In this document: piece by piece, positions 25,201-39,255 of the stretch
Layout of the letters: every line of letters starts with the position of its first letter
Numbering within the stretch: position 1 is the first letter of the stretch
DNA from: Eledone cirrhosa
Taxonomy: Eukaryota
DNA length: 64,000 bases
Direction: 5' to 3'
Assembly (NCBI GenBank): GCA_964016885.1
Contig: OZ024742.1
Span: forward strand, 166,222,001 to 166,286,000
Translations under genes and position numbers: made by a program
Notes under the pieces: generated by a model
Told to the model about the DNA's origin: nothing
Database searches by the model: none
What the model saw: the letters and a program-made list of their open reading frames with translations, nothing else

Positions 25201-28200
25201 AGATAAATTCCAGCCTCCAAGGGGAGATAATTTCCAGCCAGCCAAGGGGAGATAATTTGTAAAAAAATCAGGGGGAGATAATTTGTAAAAAAAATCAGGG
25301 GGAGATAATTTGTAAAAAAAAATCAGGGGGAGATAATTTGTAAAAAAAATCAGGGGGAGATAATTTGTAAAAAAAATCAGGGGGAGATAATTTGTAAAAA
25401 AAATCAAGGGGAGATAATTTCCAGCCGTCCAAGGGGAGATAATTTTCAGCCGTCCAAGGGGAGATAATTTCCAGCCGTCCAAGGGGAGATAATTTCCATC
25501 CTTCCAAGGGGAGATAATTTCCAGCCGTCCAAGGGGAGATAATTTTCAGCCGTCCAAGGGGAGATAATTTCCCGCCAGCCAAGGGAAGATAATATTTTAA
25601 AAAATCAGGCGGAGATAATTTGTAAAAAAAATCAGGGGGAGATAATTTGTAAAAAAATCAGGGGGAGATAATTTGTAAAAAAAAAATCAGGGGGAGATAA
25701 TTTGTAAAAAAAATCAGTGGGAGATAATTTGTAAAAAAAAATCAGGGGTAGATAATTTTTAAAAAAAAATCAGGGGGAGATAATTTGTAAAAAAAAAATC
25801 AGGGGGAGATAATTTGTAAAAAAAATCAAGGGGAGATAATTTCCAGCCGTCCAAGGAGAGATAATTTTTAAAAAAAATCAGGCGGAGATAATTTGTAAAA
25901 AAAAATCAAGGGGAGATAATTTGTAAAAAAAAATCAAGGGGAGATAATTTGTAAAAAAAATCAAGGGGAGATAATTTCCAGCCGTCCAAGGGAAGATAAT
26001 TTCCAGCACTCCAAGGGGCTATAATTTCCAGTGTCCAAGGGGAGATAATTTCCAGCCAGCGAAGGGGAGATAATTTTTTTAAAAAAATCAGGGGGAGATA
26101 TGTAAAAAAAATCAGAGGGAGATAATTTCTAAAAAAAATCAAAGGGAGATAATTTCCAGCCGTCCAAAGAGAGATAATTTCTAGCCGTCCAAGGGGAGAT
26201 AATTTCCAGCCAAGGGGAGATAATTTCCAGCCGTCCAAGGGGAGATAATTATTTAAAAAATCAGGTGGAGATAATTTGTAAAAAAAATCAGGGGGAGATA
26301 ATTTGTAAAAACAAAATCAAGGGCAGATAATTTCCAGCTGTCCAAGGGGAGATAATTTCCAGCCGTGCAAGGGGAGATAATTTCCAGCCGTCCAAGGGGA
26401 GATAATTTCCATCCTTCCAAGGGGAGATAATGTCCAGCCGTCCAAGGGGAGATAATTTCCCGCCAGCCAAGGGAAGATAATTTTTAAAAAAATCAGGCGG
26501 AGATTGTAAAAAAAATCAGGGGGAGATAATTTGTAAAAAAAAAATCAGGGGGAGATAATTTGTAAAAAAAATCAGGGGTAGATAATTTGTAAAAAAAAAT
26601 CAGGGGGAGATAATTTGTAAAAAAAAATCAGGGGGAGATAATTTCTAAAAAAATCAAGGGGAGATAATATGCAGCCGTCCAAGGGGAGATAATTTTCAGC
26701 CGTCCAAGGAGAGGTAATTTCTAGCCGTCCAAGGGGAGATAATTTCCAGCCGTCCAAGGGGAGATAATTTCCAGCCGTCCAAGGGGAGATAGTTTTTTTA
26801 AAAAAATCAGGCGGAGATAATTTGTAAAAAAAAAATCAGGGGGAGATAATTTGTAAAAAAAAATCAGGGGGAGATAATTTGTAAAAAAAAATCAGGGGGA
26901 GATAATTTGTAAAAAAAATCAGGGGGAGATAATTAGTAAAAAAAATCAAGGGGAGATAATTTCCAGCCGTCCAAGGGGAGGTAATATCTAGCCGTCCAAG
27001 GGGAGATAATTTCCAGCCGTCCAAGGGGAGATAATTTCCAGCCGTCCAAGGGTAGATAATATCCAGCCGTCCAAGTAGACATATTTTCCAGCCGTCCAAG
27101 GAGAGGTAATTTCTAGCCGTCCAAGGGGAGATAAATTCCAGCCTCCAAGGGGAGATAATTTCCAGCCAGCCAAGGGGAGATAATTTGTAAAAAAATCAGG
27201 GGGAGATAATTTGTAAAAAAAATCAGGGGGAGATAATTTGTAAAAAAAAATCAGGGGGAGATAATTTGTAAAAAAAAATCAGGGGGAGATAATTTGTAAA
27301 AAAAATCAAGGGGAGATAATTTGTAAAAAAAAATCAGGGGGAGATAATTTGTAAAAAAAAATCAGGGGGAGATAATTTGTAAAAAAAAATCAGGGGGAGA
27401 TAATTTGTAAAAAAAATCAAGGGGAGATAATTTCCAGCCGTCCAAGGAGAGATAATTTAAAAAAAAAATCAGGCGGAGATAATTTGTAAAAAAAAATCAG
27501 GGGGAGATAATTTGTAAAAAAAAATCAGGGGGAGATAATTTGTAAAAAAAATCAAGGGGAGATAATTTCCAGCCGTCCAAGGGGAGATAATTTCCAGCCG
27601 TCCAAGGGGAGATAATTTTTTTAAAAAAATCAGGCGGAGATAATTTGTAAAAAAAATCAGGGGGAGATAATTTGTAAAAAAAAATCAGGGGGAGATAATT
27701 TGTAAAAAAAAATCAGGGGGAGATAATTTCCAGCCGTCCAAGGTAAGATAATTTCCAGCCCTCCAAGGGGCTATAATTTCCAGCCGTCCAAGGGTAGATA
27801 ATATCCAGCCGTCCAAGTAGACATATTTTCCAGCCGTCCAAGGAGAGGTAATTTCTAGCCGTCCAAGGGGAGATAAATTCCAGCCTCCAAGGGGAGATAA
27901 TTTCCAGCCAGCCAAGGGGAGATAATTTGTAAAAAAATCAGGGGGAGATAATTTGTAAAAAAAATCAGGGGGAGATAATTTGTAAAAAAAAATCAGGGGG
28001 AGATAATTTGTAAAAAAAAATCAGGGGGAGATAATTTGTAAAAAAAAATCAGGGGGAGATAATTTGTAAAAAAAATCAAGGGGAGATAATTTCCAGCCGT
28101 CCAAGGGGAGATAATTTTCAGCCGTCCAAGGGGAGATAATTTCCAGCCGTCCAAGGGGAGATAATTTCCATCCTTCCAAGGGGAGATAATTTCCAGCCGT

Positions 28201-30890
28201 CCAAGGGGAGATAATTTTCAGCCGTCCAAGGGGAGATAATTTCCCGCCAGCCAAGGGAAGATAATATTTTAAAAAATCAGGCGGAGATAATTTGTAAAAA
28301 AAATCAGGGGGAGATAATTTGTAAAAAAATCAGGGGGAGATAATTTGTAAAAAAAAAATCAGGGGGAGATAATTTGTAAAAAAAATCAGGGGGAGATAAT
28401 TTGTAAAAAAAAATCAGGGGTAGATAATTTGTAAAAAAAAATCAGGGGGAGATAATTTGTAAAAAAAATCAGGGGGAGATAATTTGTAAAAAAAATCAGG
28501 GGGAGATAATTTGTAAAAAAAAATCAGGGGGAGATAATTTGTAAAAAAAAATCAGGGGTAGATAATTTGTAAAAAAAAATCAGGGGGAGATAATTTGTAA
28601 AAAAAAATCAGGGGGAGATAATTTGTAAAAAAAATCAGGGGGAGATAATTTGTAAAAAAAAATCAGGGGGAGATAATTTCCGGCCGTCCAAGGGGAGATA
28701 ATTTTCAGCCGTCCAAGGGGAGATAATTTCCCGCCAGCCAAGGGAAGATAATATTTAAAAAAATCAGGCGGAGATAATTTGTAAAAAAAATCAGGGGGAG
28801 ATAATTTGTAAAAAAATCAGGGGGAGATAATTTGTAAAAAAAATCAAGGGGAGATAATTTCCAGCCGTCCAAGGGAAGGTAATATCTAGCCGTCCAAGGG
28901 GAGATAATTTCCAGCCGTCCAAGAGGAGATAATTTCCAGCCGTCCAAGGGTAGATAATATCCAGCCGTCCAAGGAGACATATTTTCCAGCCGTCCAAGGA
29001 GAGGTAATTTCTAGCCGTCCAAGGGGAGATAAATTCCAGCCTCCAAGGGGAGATAATTTCCAGCCAGCCAAGGGGAGATAATTTGTAAAAAAAATCAGGG
29101 GGAGATAATTTGTAAAAAAAATCAGGGGGAGATAATTTGTAAAAAAATCAGGGGGAGATAATTTGTAAAAAAAAAATCAGGGGGAGATAATTTGTAAAAA
29201 AAATCAGGGGGAGATGATTTGTAAAAAAAAATCAGGGGTAGATAATTTGTAAAAAAAAATCAGGGGGTGATAATTTGTAAAAAAAAATCAGGGGGAGATA
29301 ATTTGTAAAAAAAATCAAGGGGAGATAATTTCCAGCCGTCGAAGGGAAGATAATTTCCAGCCCTCCAAGGGGCTATAATTTCCAGCGTCCAAGGGGAGAT
29401 AATTTCCAGCCGTCCAAGGGGAGATAATTTCCAGCCGTCCAAGGGTAGATAATATCCAGCCGTCCAAGTAGACATTTTCCAGCCGTCCAAGTAGAGGTAA
29501 TTTCTAGCCGTCCAAGGGGAGATAAATTCCAGCCTCCAAGGGGAGATAATTTCCAGCCAGCCAAGGGGAGATAATTTGTAAAAAAATCAGGGGGAGATAA
29601 TTTGTAAAAAAAATCAGGGGGAGATAATTTGTAAAAAAAAATCAGGGGGAGATAATTTGTAAAAAAAATCAGGGGGAGATAATTTGTAAAAAAAATCAGG
29701 GGGAGATAATTTGTAAAAAAAATCAAGGGGAGATAATTTCCAGCCGTCCAAGGGGAGATAATTTTCAGCCGTCCAAGGGGAGATAATTTCCAGCCGTCCA
29801 AGGGGAGATAATTTCCATCCTTCCAAGGGGAGATAATTTCCAGCCGTCCAAGGGGAGATAATTTTCAGCCGTCCAAGGGGAGATAATTTCCCGCCAGCCA
29901 AGGGAAGATAATATTTTAAAAAATCAGGCGGAGATAATTTGTAAAAAAAATCAGGGGGAGATAATTTGTAAAAAAATCAGGGGGAGATAATTTGTAAAAA
30001 AAAAATCAGGGGGAGATAATTTGTAAAAAAAATCAGTGGGAGATAATTTGTAAAAAAAAATCAGGGGTAGATAATTTTTAAAAAAAAATCAGGGGGAGAT
30101 AATTTGTAAAAAAAAAATCAGGGGGAGATAATTTGTAAAAAAAATCAAGGGGAGATAATTTCCAGCCGTCCAAGGAGAGATAATTTTTAAAAAAAATCAG
30201 GCGGAGATAATTTGTAAAAAAAAATCAAGGGGAGATAATTTGTAAAAAAAAATCAAGGGGAGATAATTTGTAAAAAAAATCAAGGGGAGATAATTTCCAG
30301 CCGTCCAAGGGAAGATAATTTCCAGCACTCCAAGGGGCTATAATTTCCAGTGTCCAAGGGGAGATAATTTCCAGCCAGCGAAGGGGAGATAATTTTTTTA
30401 AAAAAATCAGGGGGAGATATGTAAAAAAAATCAGAGGGAGATAATTTCTAAAAAAAATCAAAGGGAGATAATTTCCAGCCGTCCAAAGAGAGATAATTTC
30501 TAGCCGTCCAAGGGGAGATAATTTCCAGCCAAGGGGACATAATTTCCAGCCGTCCAAGGGGAGATAATTATTTAAAAAATCAGGTGGAGATAATTTGTAA
30601 AAAAAATCAGGGGGAGATAATTTGTAAAAACAAAATCAAGGGCAGATAATTTCCAGCTGTCCAAGGGGAGATAATTTCCAGCCGTGCAAGGGGAGATAAT
30701 TTCCAGCCGTCCAAGGGGAGATAATTTCCATCCTTCCAAGGGGAGATAATGTCCAGCCGTCCAAGGGGAGATAATTTCCCGCCAGCCAAGGTAAGATAAT
30801 TTTTAAAAAAATCAGGCGGAGATTGTAAAAAAAATCAGGGGGAGATAATTTGTAAAAAAAAAATCAGGGGGAGATAATTTGTAAAAAAAA
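22277..30890 (+). repeat. Two tandem full HOR family I units (4295 and 4319 bp)
   Basis: Markers at 22277, 26572 and 30891. Both units share private variants AAGGGAAGGTAAT (~24578, ~28871) and AAGTAGAGGTAAT (~25170, ~29489). Confidence 0.88.
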
Positions 30891-33800
30891 TCAGGGGTAG
30901 ATAATTTGTAAAAAAAAATCAGGGGGAGATAATTTGTAAAAAAAAATCAGGGGGAGATAATTTCTAAAAAAATCAAGGGGAGATAATATGCAGCCGTCCA
31001 AGGGGAGATAATTTTCAGCCGTCCAAGGAGAGGTAATTTCTAGCCGTCCAAGGGGAGATAATTTCCAGCCGTCCAAGGGGAGATAATTTCCAGCCGTCCA
31101 AGGGGAGATAGTTTTTTTAAAAAAATCAGGCGGAGATAATTTGTAAAAAAAAAATCAGGGGGAGATAATTTGTAAAAAAAAATCAGGGGGAGATAATTTG
31201 TAAAAAAAAATCAGGGGGAGATAATTTGTAAAAAAAATCAGGGGGAGATAATTAGTAAAAAAAATCAAGGGGAGATAATTTCCAGCCGTCCAAGGGGAGG
31301 TAATATCTAGCCGTCCAAGGGGAGATAATTTCCAGCCGTCCAAGGGGAGATAATTTCCAGCCGTCCAAGGGTAGATAATATCCAGCCGTCCAAGTAGACA
31401 TATTTTCCAGCCGTCCAAGGAGAGGTAATTTCTAGCCGTCCAAGGGGAGATAAATTCCAGCCTCCAAGGGGAGATAATTTCCAGCCAGCCAAGGGGAGAT
31501 AATTTGTAAAAAAATCAGGGGGAGATAATTTGTAAAAAAAATCAGGGGGAGATAATTTGTAAAAAAAAATCAGGGGGAGATAATTTGTAAAAAAAAATCA
31601 GGGGGAGATAATTTGTAAAAAAAATCAGGGGGAGATAATTTGTAAAAAAAAATCAGGGGGAGATAATTTGTAAAAAAAAATCAGGGGGAGATAATTTGCA
31701 AAAAAAAATCAGGGGGAGATAATTTGTAAAAACAAATCAAGGGGAGATAATTTCCAGCCGTCCAAGGGGAGATAATTTTCAGCCGTCCAAGGAGAGGTAA
31801 TTTCTAGCCGTCCAAGGGGAGATAATTTCCAGCCGTCCAAGGGGAGATAATTTCCCGCCAGCCAAGGGAAGATAATATTTAAAAAATCAGGCGGAGATAA
31901 TTTGTAAAAAAAATCAGGGGGAGATAATTTGTAAAAAAATCAGGGGGAGATAATTTGTAAAAAAAAAATCAGGGGGAGATAATTTGTAAAAAAAATCAGG
32001 GGGAGATGATTTGTAAAAAAAATCAGGGGTAGATAATTTGTAAAAAAAAATCAGGCGGAGATAATTTGTAAAAAAAAATCAGGGGGAGATAATTTGTAAA
32101 AAAAATCAAGAGGAGATAATTTCCAGCCGTCCAAGGGGAGATAATTTTCAGCCGTCCAAGGGGAGATAATTTCCAGCCGTCCAAGGGGAGATAATTTCCA
32201 TCCTTCCAAGGGGAGATAATTTCCAGCCGTCCAAGGGGAGATAATTTCCCGCCAACCAAGGGAAGATAATTTTTAAAAAAATCAGGCGGAGATTGTAAAA
32301 AAAATCAGGGGGAGATAATTTGTAAAAAAATCAGGGGGAGATAATTTGTAAAAAAAAAATCAGGGGGAGATAATTTGTAAAAAAAATCAGGGGGAGATAA
32401 TTTGTAAAAAAAAATCAAGGGGAGATAATTTGTACAAAAAATCAGGGGTATATAATTTGTAAAAAAAAATCAGGGGGAGATAATTTGTAAAAAAAATTCA
32501 GGGGGAGATAATTTGTAAAAAAAATCAAGGGGAGATAATTTGCAGCCGTCCAAGGGGAGATAATTTTCAGCCGTCCAAGGAGAGGTAATTTCTAGCCGTC
32601 CAAGGTGAGATAATATCCAGCCGTCCAAGGGGAGATAATTTCCAGCCGTCCAAGGGGAGATAATTTTAAAAAAAAAACAGGCGAAGATAATTTGTAAAAA
32701 AAAAATCAGGGGGAGATAATTTGTAAAAAAAAATCAGGGGGAGATAATTTGTAAAAAAAATCAGGGGGAGGTAATTTGTAAAAAATATCAAGGGGAGATA
32801 ATTTCCAGCCGTCCAAGGGAAGATAATTTCCAGCCCTCCAAGGGGCTATAATTTCCAGCGTCCAAGGGGAGATAATTTCCAGCCAGCGAAGGGGAGATAA
32901 TTTTTTTTTTTTTAAATCAGGGGGACATAATTTGTAAAAAAAAATCAGGGGGAGATAATTTGTAAAAAAAATCAAGGGGAGATAATTTGTAAAAAAAAAT
33001 CAGGGGGAGATAATTTGTAAAAAAAAATCAGGGGGAGATAATTTGTAAAAAAAATTAAGGGGAGATAATTTGTAAAAAAAAATCAAGGGGAGATAATTTC
33101 CAGCCGTCCAAGGAGAGGTAATTTCTAGACGTCCAAGGGGAGATAATTTCCAGCCGTCCAAGGGGAGATAATTTCCAGCCGTCCAAGGGTAGATAATATC
33201 CAGCCGTCCAAGGAGACATATTTTCCAGCTTTCCAAGGAGAGGTAATTTCTAGCCGTCCAAGGGGAGATAAATTCCAGCCTCCAAGGGGAGATAATTTCC
33301 AGCCAGCCAAGGGGAGATAATTTGTAAAAAAAATCAGGGGGAGATAATTTGTAAAAAAAATCAGGGGGAGATAATTTGTAAAAAAAATCAGGGGGAGATA
33401 ATTTCCAGCCGTCCAAGGGGAGATAATTTTCAGCCGTCCAAGGGGAGATAATTTCCCGCCAGCCAAGGGAAGATAATATTTAAAAAATGAGGCGGAGATA
33501 ATTTGTAAAATAAATCAGGGGGAGATAATTTGTAAAAAAATCAGGGGGAGATAATTTGTAAAAAAAAAATCAGGGGGAGATAATTTGTAAAAAAAATCAG
33601 GGGGAGATAATTTGTAAAAAAAAATCAGGGGTAGATAATTTTTAAAAAAAAATCAGGGGGAGATAATTTGTAAAAAAAATCAGGGGGAGATAATTTATAA
33701 AAAAAATCAAGGGGAGATAATTTCCAGCCGTCCAAGGGAAGATAATTTCAAGCCCTCCAAGGGGCTATAATTTCCAGTGTCCAAGGGGAGATAATTTCCA

Positions 33801-35270
33801 GCCAGCGAAGGGGAGATAATTTTTTTTTAAAAATCAGGGGGAGATTTGTAAAAAAAATCAGGGGGAGATAATTTGTAAAAAAAATCAAAGGGAGATAATT
33901 TCCAGCCGTCCAAAGAGATAATTTCTAGCCGTCCAAGGGGAGATAATTTCGAGCCAAGGGGAGATAATTTCCAGCCGTCCAAGGGGAGATAATTTTTAAA
34001 AAAATCAGGTGGAGATAATTTGTAAAAAAAATCAGGGGGAGATAATTTGTAAAAACAAAATCAAGGGCAGATAATTTCCAGCTGTCCAAGGGGAGATAAT
34101 TTCCAGCCGTGCAAGGGGAGATAATTTCCAGCCGTCCAAGGGGAGATAATTTCCATCCTTCCAAGGGGAGATAATTTCCAGCCGTCCAAGGGGAGATAAT
34201 TTCCCGCCAGCCAAGGGAAGATAATTTTTTAAAAAATCAGGCGGAGATTGTAAAAAAAATCAGGGGGAGATAATTTGTAAAAAAATCAGGGGGAGATAAT
34301 TTGTAAAAAAATCAAGGGGAGATAATTTCCAGCTGTCCAAGGGGAGGTAATATCTAGCCGTCCAAGGGGAGATAATTTCCAGCCGTCCAAGGGGAGATAA
34401 TTTCCAGCCGTCCAAGGGTAGATAATATCCAGCCGTCCAAGGAGACATATTTTCCAGCCGTCCAAGGAGAGGTAATTTCTAGCCGTCCAAGTGGAGATAA
34501 ATTCCAGCCTCCAAGGGGAGATAATTTCCAGCCAGCCAAGGGGAGATAATTTGTAAAAAAATCAGGGGGAGATAATTTGTAAAAAAAATCAGGGGGAGAT
34601 AATTTGTAAAAAAAAATCAGGGGGAGATAATTTGTAAAAAAAATCAGGGGGAGATAATTTGTAAAAAAAATCAAGGGGAGATAATTTCCAGCCGTCCAAG
34701 GGGAGATAATTTTCAGCCGTCCAAGGGGAGATAATTTCCCGCCAGCCAAGGGAAGATAATATTTAAAAAATGAGGCGGAGATAACTTGTAAAAAAAAATC
34801 AGGGGTAGATAATTTGTAAAAAAAATCAGGGGGAGATAATTTGTAAAAAAAATCAAGGGGAGATAATTTCCAGCCGTCCAAGGAGAGATAATTTTTAAAA
34901 AAAATCAGGCGGAGATAATTTGTAAAAAAAAAATCAGGGGGAGATAATTTGTAAAAAAAAATCAGGGGGAGATAATTTGTAAAAAAAATCAAGGGGAGAT
35001 AATTTCCAGCCGTCCAAGGGGAGATAATTTTCAGCCGTCCAAGGGGAGATAATTTCCAGCCGTCCAAGGGGAGATAATTTAAAAAAAAAATCAGGCGGAG
35101 ATAATTTGTAAAAAAAATCAAGGGGAGATAATTTGCAACCGTCCAAGGGGACATAATTTTCAGTCGTCCAAGGAGAGGTAATTTCTAGCCGTACAAGGGG
35201 AGATAATTTCCAGCCGTCCAAGGGGAGATAATTTCCAGCCGTCCAAGGGGAGATAATTTTTTTTTAAAAA
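30891..35270 (+). repeat. HOR family II unit (~4.38 kb)
   Basis: Same family II marker series as 6306-10635 (7387->32023, 8364->33000, 9690->34354). Confidence 0.85.
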
Positions 35271-38200
35271 TCAGGCGGAGATAATTTGTAAAAAAAAAAT
35301 CAGGGGGAGATAATTTGTAAAAAAAAATCAGGGGGAGATAATTTGTAAAAAAAAATCAGGGGGAGATAATTTGTAAAAAAAATCAAGGGGAGATAATTTC
35401 CAGCCGTCCAAGGGAAGATAATTTCCAGCCCTCCAAGGGGCTATAATTTCCAGCGTCCAAGGGGAGATAATTTCCAGCCAGCGAAGGGGAGATAATTGTT
35501 TTAAAAAAATCATTGGGAGATTTGTAAAAAAAATCAGGGGGAGATAATTAATAAAAAAAATCAAGGGGAGATAATTTCCAGCCGTCCAAGGGGAGGTAAT
35601 ATCTAGCCGTCCAAGGGGAGATAATTTCCAGCCGTCCAAGGGGAGATAATTTCCAGCCGTCCAAGGGTAGATAATATCCAGCCGTCCAAGGAGACATATT
35701 TTCCAGCCGTCCAAGGAGAGGTAATTTCTAGCCGTCCAAGGGGAGATAAATTCCAGCCTCCAAGGGGAGATAATTTCCAGCCAGCCAAGGGGAGATAATT
35801 TGTAAAAAAATCAGGGGGAGATAATTTGTAAAAAAAATCAGGGGTAGATAATTTGTAAAAAAAAATCAGGGGGAGATAATTTGTAAAAAAAAATCAGGGG
35901 GAGATAATTTGTAAAAAAAATCAAGGGGAGATAATTTCCAGCCGTCCAAGGAGAGAAAATTTAAAAAAAAAATCAGGCGGAGATAATTTGTAAAAAAAAA
36001 TCAGGGGGAGATAATTTGTAAAAAAAAATCAGGGGAAGATAATTTGTAAAAAAAATCAAGGGGAGATAATTTCCAGCCGTCCAAGGGGAGATAATTTCCA
36101 GCCGTCCAAGGGGAGATAATTTTTTAAAAAAAATCAGGCGGAGATAATTTGTAAAAAAAATCAGGGGGAGATAATTTGTAAAAAAAAATCAGGGGGAGAT
36201 AATTTGTAAAAAAAAATCAGGGGGAGATAATTTCCAGCCGTCCAAGGTAAGATAATTTCCAGCCCTCCAAGGGGCTATAATTTCCAGCCGTCCAAGGGTA
36301 GATAATATCCAGCCGTCCAAGTAGACATATTTTCCAGCCGTTCAAGGAGAGGTAATTTCTAGCCGTCCAAGGGGAGATAAATTCCAGCCTCCAAGGGGAG
36401 ATAATTTCCAGCCAGCCAAGGGGAGATAATTTGTAAAAAAATCAGGGGGAGATAATTTGTAAAAAAAATCAGGGGGAGATAATTTGTAAAAAAAAATCAG
36501 GGGGAGATAATTTGTAAAAAAAAATCAGGGGGAGATAATTTGTAAAAAAAAATCAGGGGGAGATAATTTGTAAAAAAATCAAGGGGAGATAATTTCCAGC
36601 CGTCCAAGGGGAGATAATTTTCAGCCGTCCAAGGGGAGATAATTTCCAGCCGTCCAAGGGGAGATAATTTCCATCCTTCCAAGGGGAGATAATTTCCAGC
36701 CGTCCAAGGGGAGATAATTTTCAGCCGTCCAAGGGGAGATAATTTCCCGCCAGCCAAGGGAAGATAATATTTTAAAAAATCAGGCGGAGATAATTTGTAA
36801 AAAAAATCAGGGGGAGATAATTTGTAAAAAAATCAGGGGGAGATAATTTGTAAAAAAAAAATCAGGGGGAGATAATTTGTAAAAAAAATCAGGGGGAGAT
36901 AATTTGTAAAAAAAAATCAGGGGTAGATAATTTGTAAAAAAAAATCAGGGGGAGATAATTTGTAAAAAAAAATCAGGGGGAGATAATTTGTAAAAAAAAT
37001 CAGGGGGAGATAATTTGTAAAAAAAAATCAGGGGGAGATAATTTCCGGCCGTCCAAGGGGAGATAATTTTCAGCCGTCCAAGGGGAGATAATTTCCCGCC
37101 AGCCAAGGGAAGATAATATTTAAAAAAATCAGGCGGAGATAATTTGTAAAAAAAATCAGGGGGAGATAATTTGTAAAAAAATCAGGGGGAGATAATTTGT
37201 AAAAAAAATCAAGGGGAGATAATTTCCAGCCGTCCAAGGGGAGGTAATATCTAGCCGTCCAAGGGGAGATAATTTCCAGCCGTCCAAGTGGAGATAATTT
37301 CCAGCCGTCCAAGGGTAGATAATATCCAGCCGTCCAAGGAGACATATTTTCCAGCCGTCCAAGGAGAGGTAATTTCTAGCCGTCCAAGGGGAGATAAATT
37401 CCAGCCTCCAAGGGGAGATAATTTCCAGCCAGCCAAGGGGAGATAATTTGTAAAAAAAATCAGGGGGAGATAATTTGTAAAAAAAATCAGGGGGAGATAA
37501 TTTGTAAAAAAATCAGGGGGAGATAATTTGTAAAAAAAAAATCAGGGGGAGATAATTTGTAAAAAAAATCAGGGGGAGATGATTTGTAAAAAAAAATCAG
37601 GGGTAGATAATTTGTAAAAAAAAATCAGGGGGTGATAATTTGTAAAAAAAAATCAGGGGGAGATAATTTGTAAAAAAAATCAAGGGGAGATAATTTCCAG
37701 CCGTCGAAGGGAAGATAATTTCCAGCCCTCCAAGGGGCTATAATTTCCAGCGTCCAAGGGGAGATAATTTCCAGCCGTCCAAGGGGAGATAATTTCCAGC
37801 CGTCCAAGGGTAGATAATATCCAGCCGTCCAAGTAGACATTTTCCAGCCGTCCAAGGAGAGGTAATTTCTAGCCGTCCAAGGGGAGATAAATTCCAGCCT
37901 CCAAGGGGAGATAATTTCCAGCCAGCCAAGGGGAGATAATTTGTAAAAAAATCAGGGGGAGATAATTTGTAAAAAAAATCAGGGGGAGATAATTTGTAAA
38001 AAAAAATCAGGGGGAGATAATTTGTAAAAACAATCAGGGGGAGATAATTTGTAAAAAAAATCAGGGGGAGATAATTTGTAAAAAAAATCAAGGGGAGATA
38101 ATTTCCAGCCGTCCAAGGGGAGATAATTTTCAGCCGTCCAAGGGGAGATAATTTCCAGCCGTCCAAGGGGAGATAATTTCCATCCTTCCAAGGGGAGATA

Positions 38201-39255
38201 ATTTCCAGCCGTCCAAGGGGAGATAATTTTCAGCCGTCCAAGGGGAGATAATTTCCCGCCAGCCAAGGGAAGATAATATTTTAAAAAATCAGGCGGAGAT
38301 AATTTGTAAAAAAAATCAGGGGGAGATAATTTGTAAAAAAATCAGGGGGAGATAATTTGTAAAAAAAAAATCAGGGGGAGATAATTTGTAAAAAAAATCA
38401 GGGGGAGATAATTTGTAAAAAAAAATCAGGGGTAGATAATTTGTAAAAAAAAATCAGGGGGAGATAATTTGTAAAAAAAAAATCAGGGGGAGATAATTTG
38501 TAAAAAAAATGAAGGGGAGATAATTTCCAGCCGTCCAAGGAGAGATAATTTTTAAAAAAAATCAGGCGGAGATAATTTGTAAAAAAAAATCAAGGGGAGA
38601 TAATTTGTAAAAAAAAATCAAGGGGAGATAATTTGTAAAAAAAATCAAGGGGAGATAATTTCCAGCCGTCCAAGGGAAGATAATTTCCAGCACTCCAAGG
38701 GGCTATAATTTCCAGTGTCCAAGGGGAGATAATTTCCAGCCAGCGAAGGGGAGATAATTTTTTTAAAAAAATCAGGGGGAGATATGTAAAAAAAATCAGA
38801 GGGAGATAATTTCTAAAAAAAATCAAAGGGAGATAATTTCCAGCCGTCCAAAGAGAGATAATTTCTAGCCGTCCAAGGGGAGATAATTTCCAGCCAAGGG
38901 GAGATAATTTCCAGCCGTCCAAGGGGAGATAATTATTTAAAAAATCAGGTGGAGATAATTTGTAAAAAAAATCAGGGGGAGATAATTTGTAAAAACAAAA
39001 TCAAGGGCAGATAATTTCCAGCTGTCCAAGGGGAGATAATTTCCAGCCGTGCAAGGGGAGATAATTTCCAGCCGTCCAAGGGGAGATAATTTCCATCCTT
39101 CCAAGGGGAGATAATGTCCAGCCGTCCAAGGGGAGATAATTTCCCGCCAGCCAAGGGAAGATAATTTTTAAAAAAATCAGGCGGAGATTGTAAAAAAAAT
39201 CAGGGGGAGATAATTTGTAAAAAAAAAATCAGGGGGAGATAATTTGTAAAAAAAA
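35271..39255 (+). repeat. HOR variant Ib unit (~3.99 kb)
   Basis: Markers are offset by 20947-20948 from the 14323 unit (14380->35328, 16123->37070, 17643->38590). Confidence 0.82.
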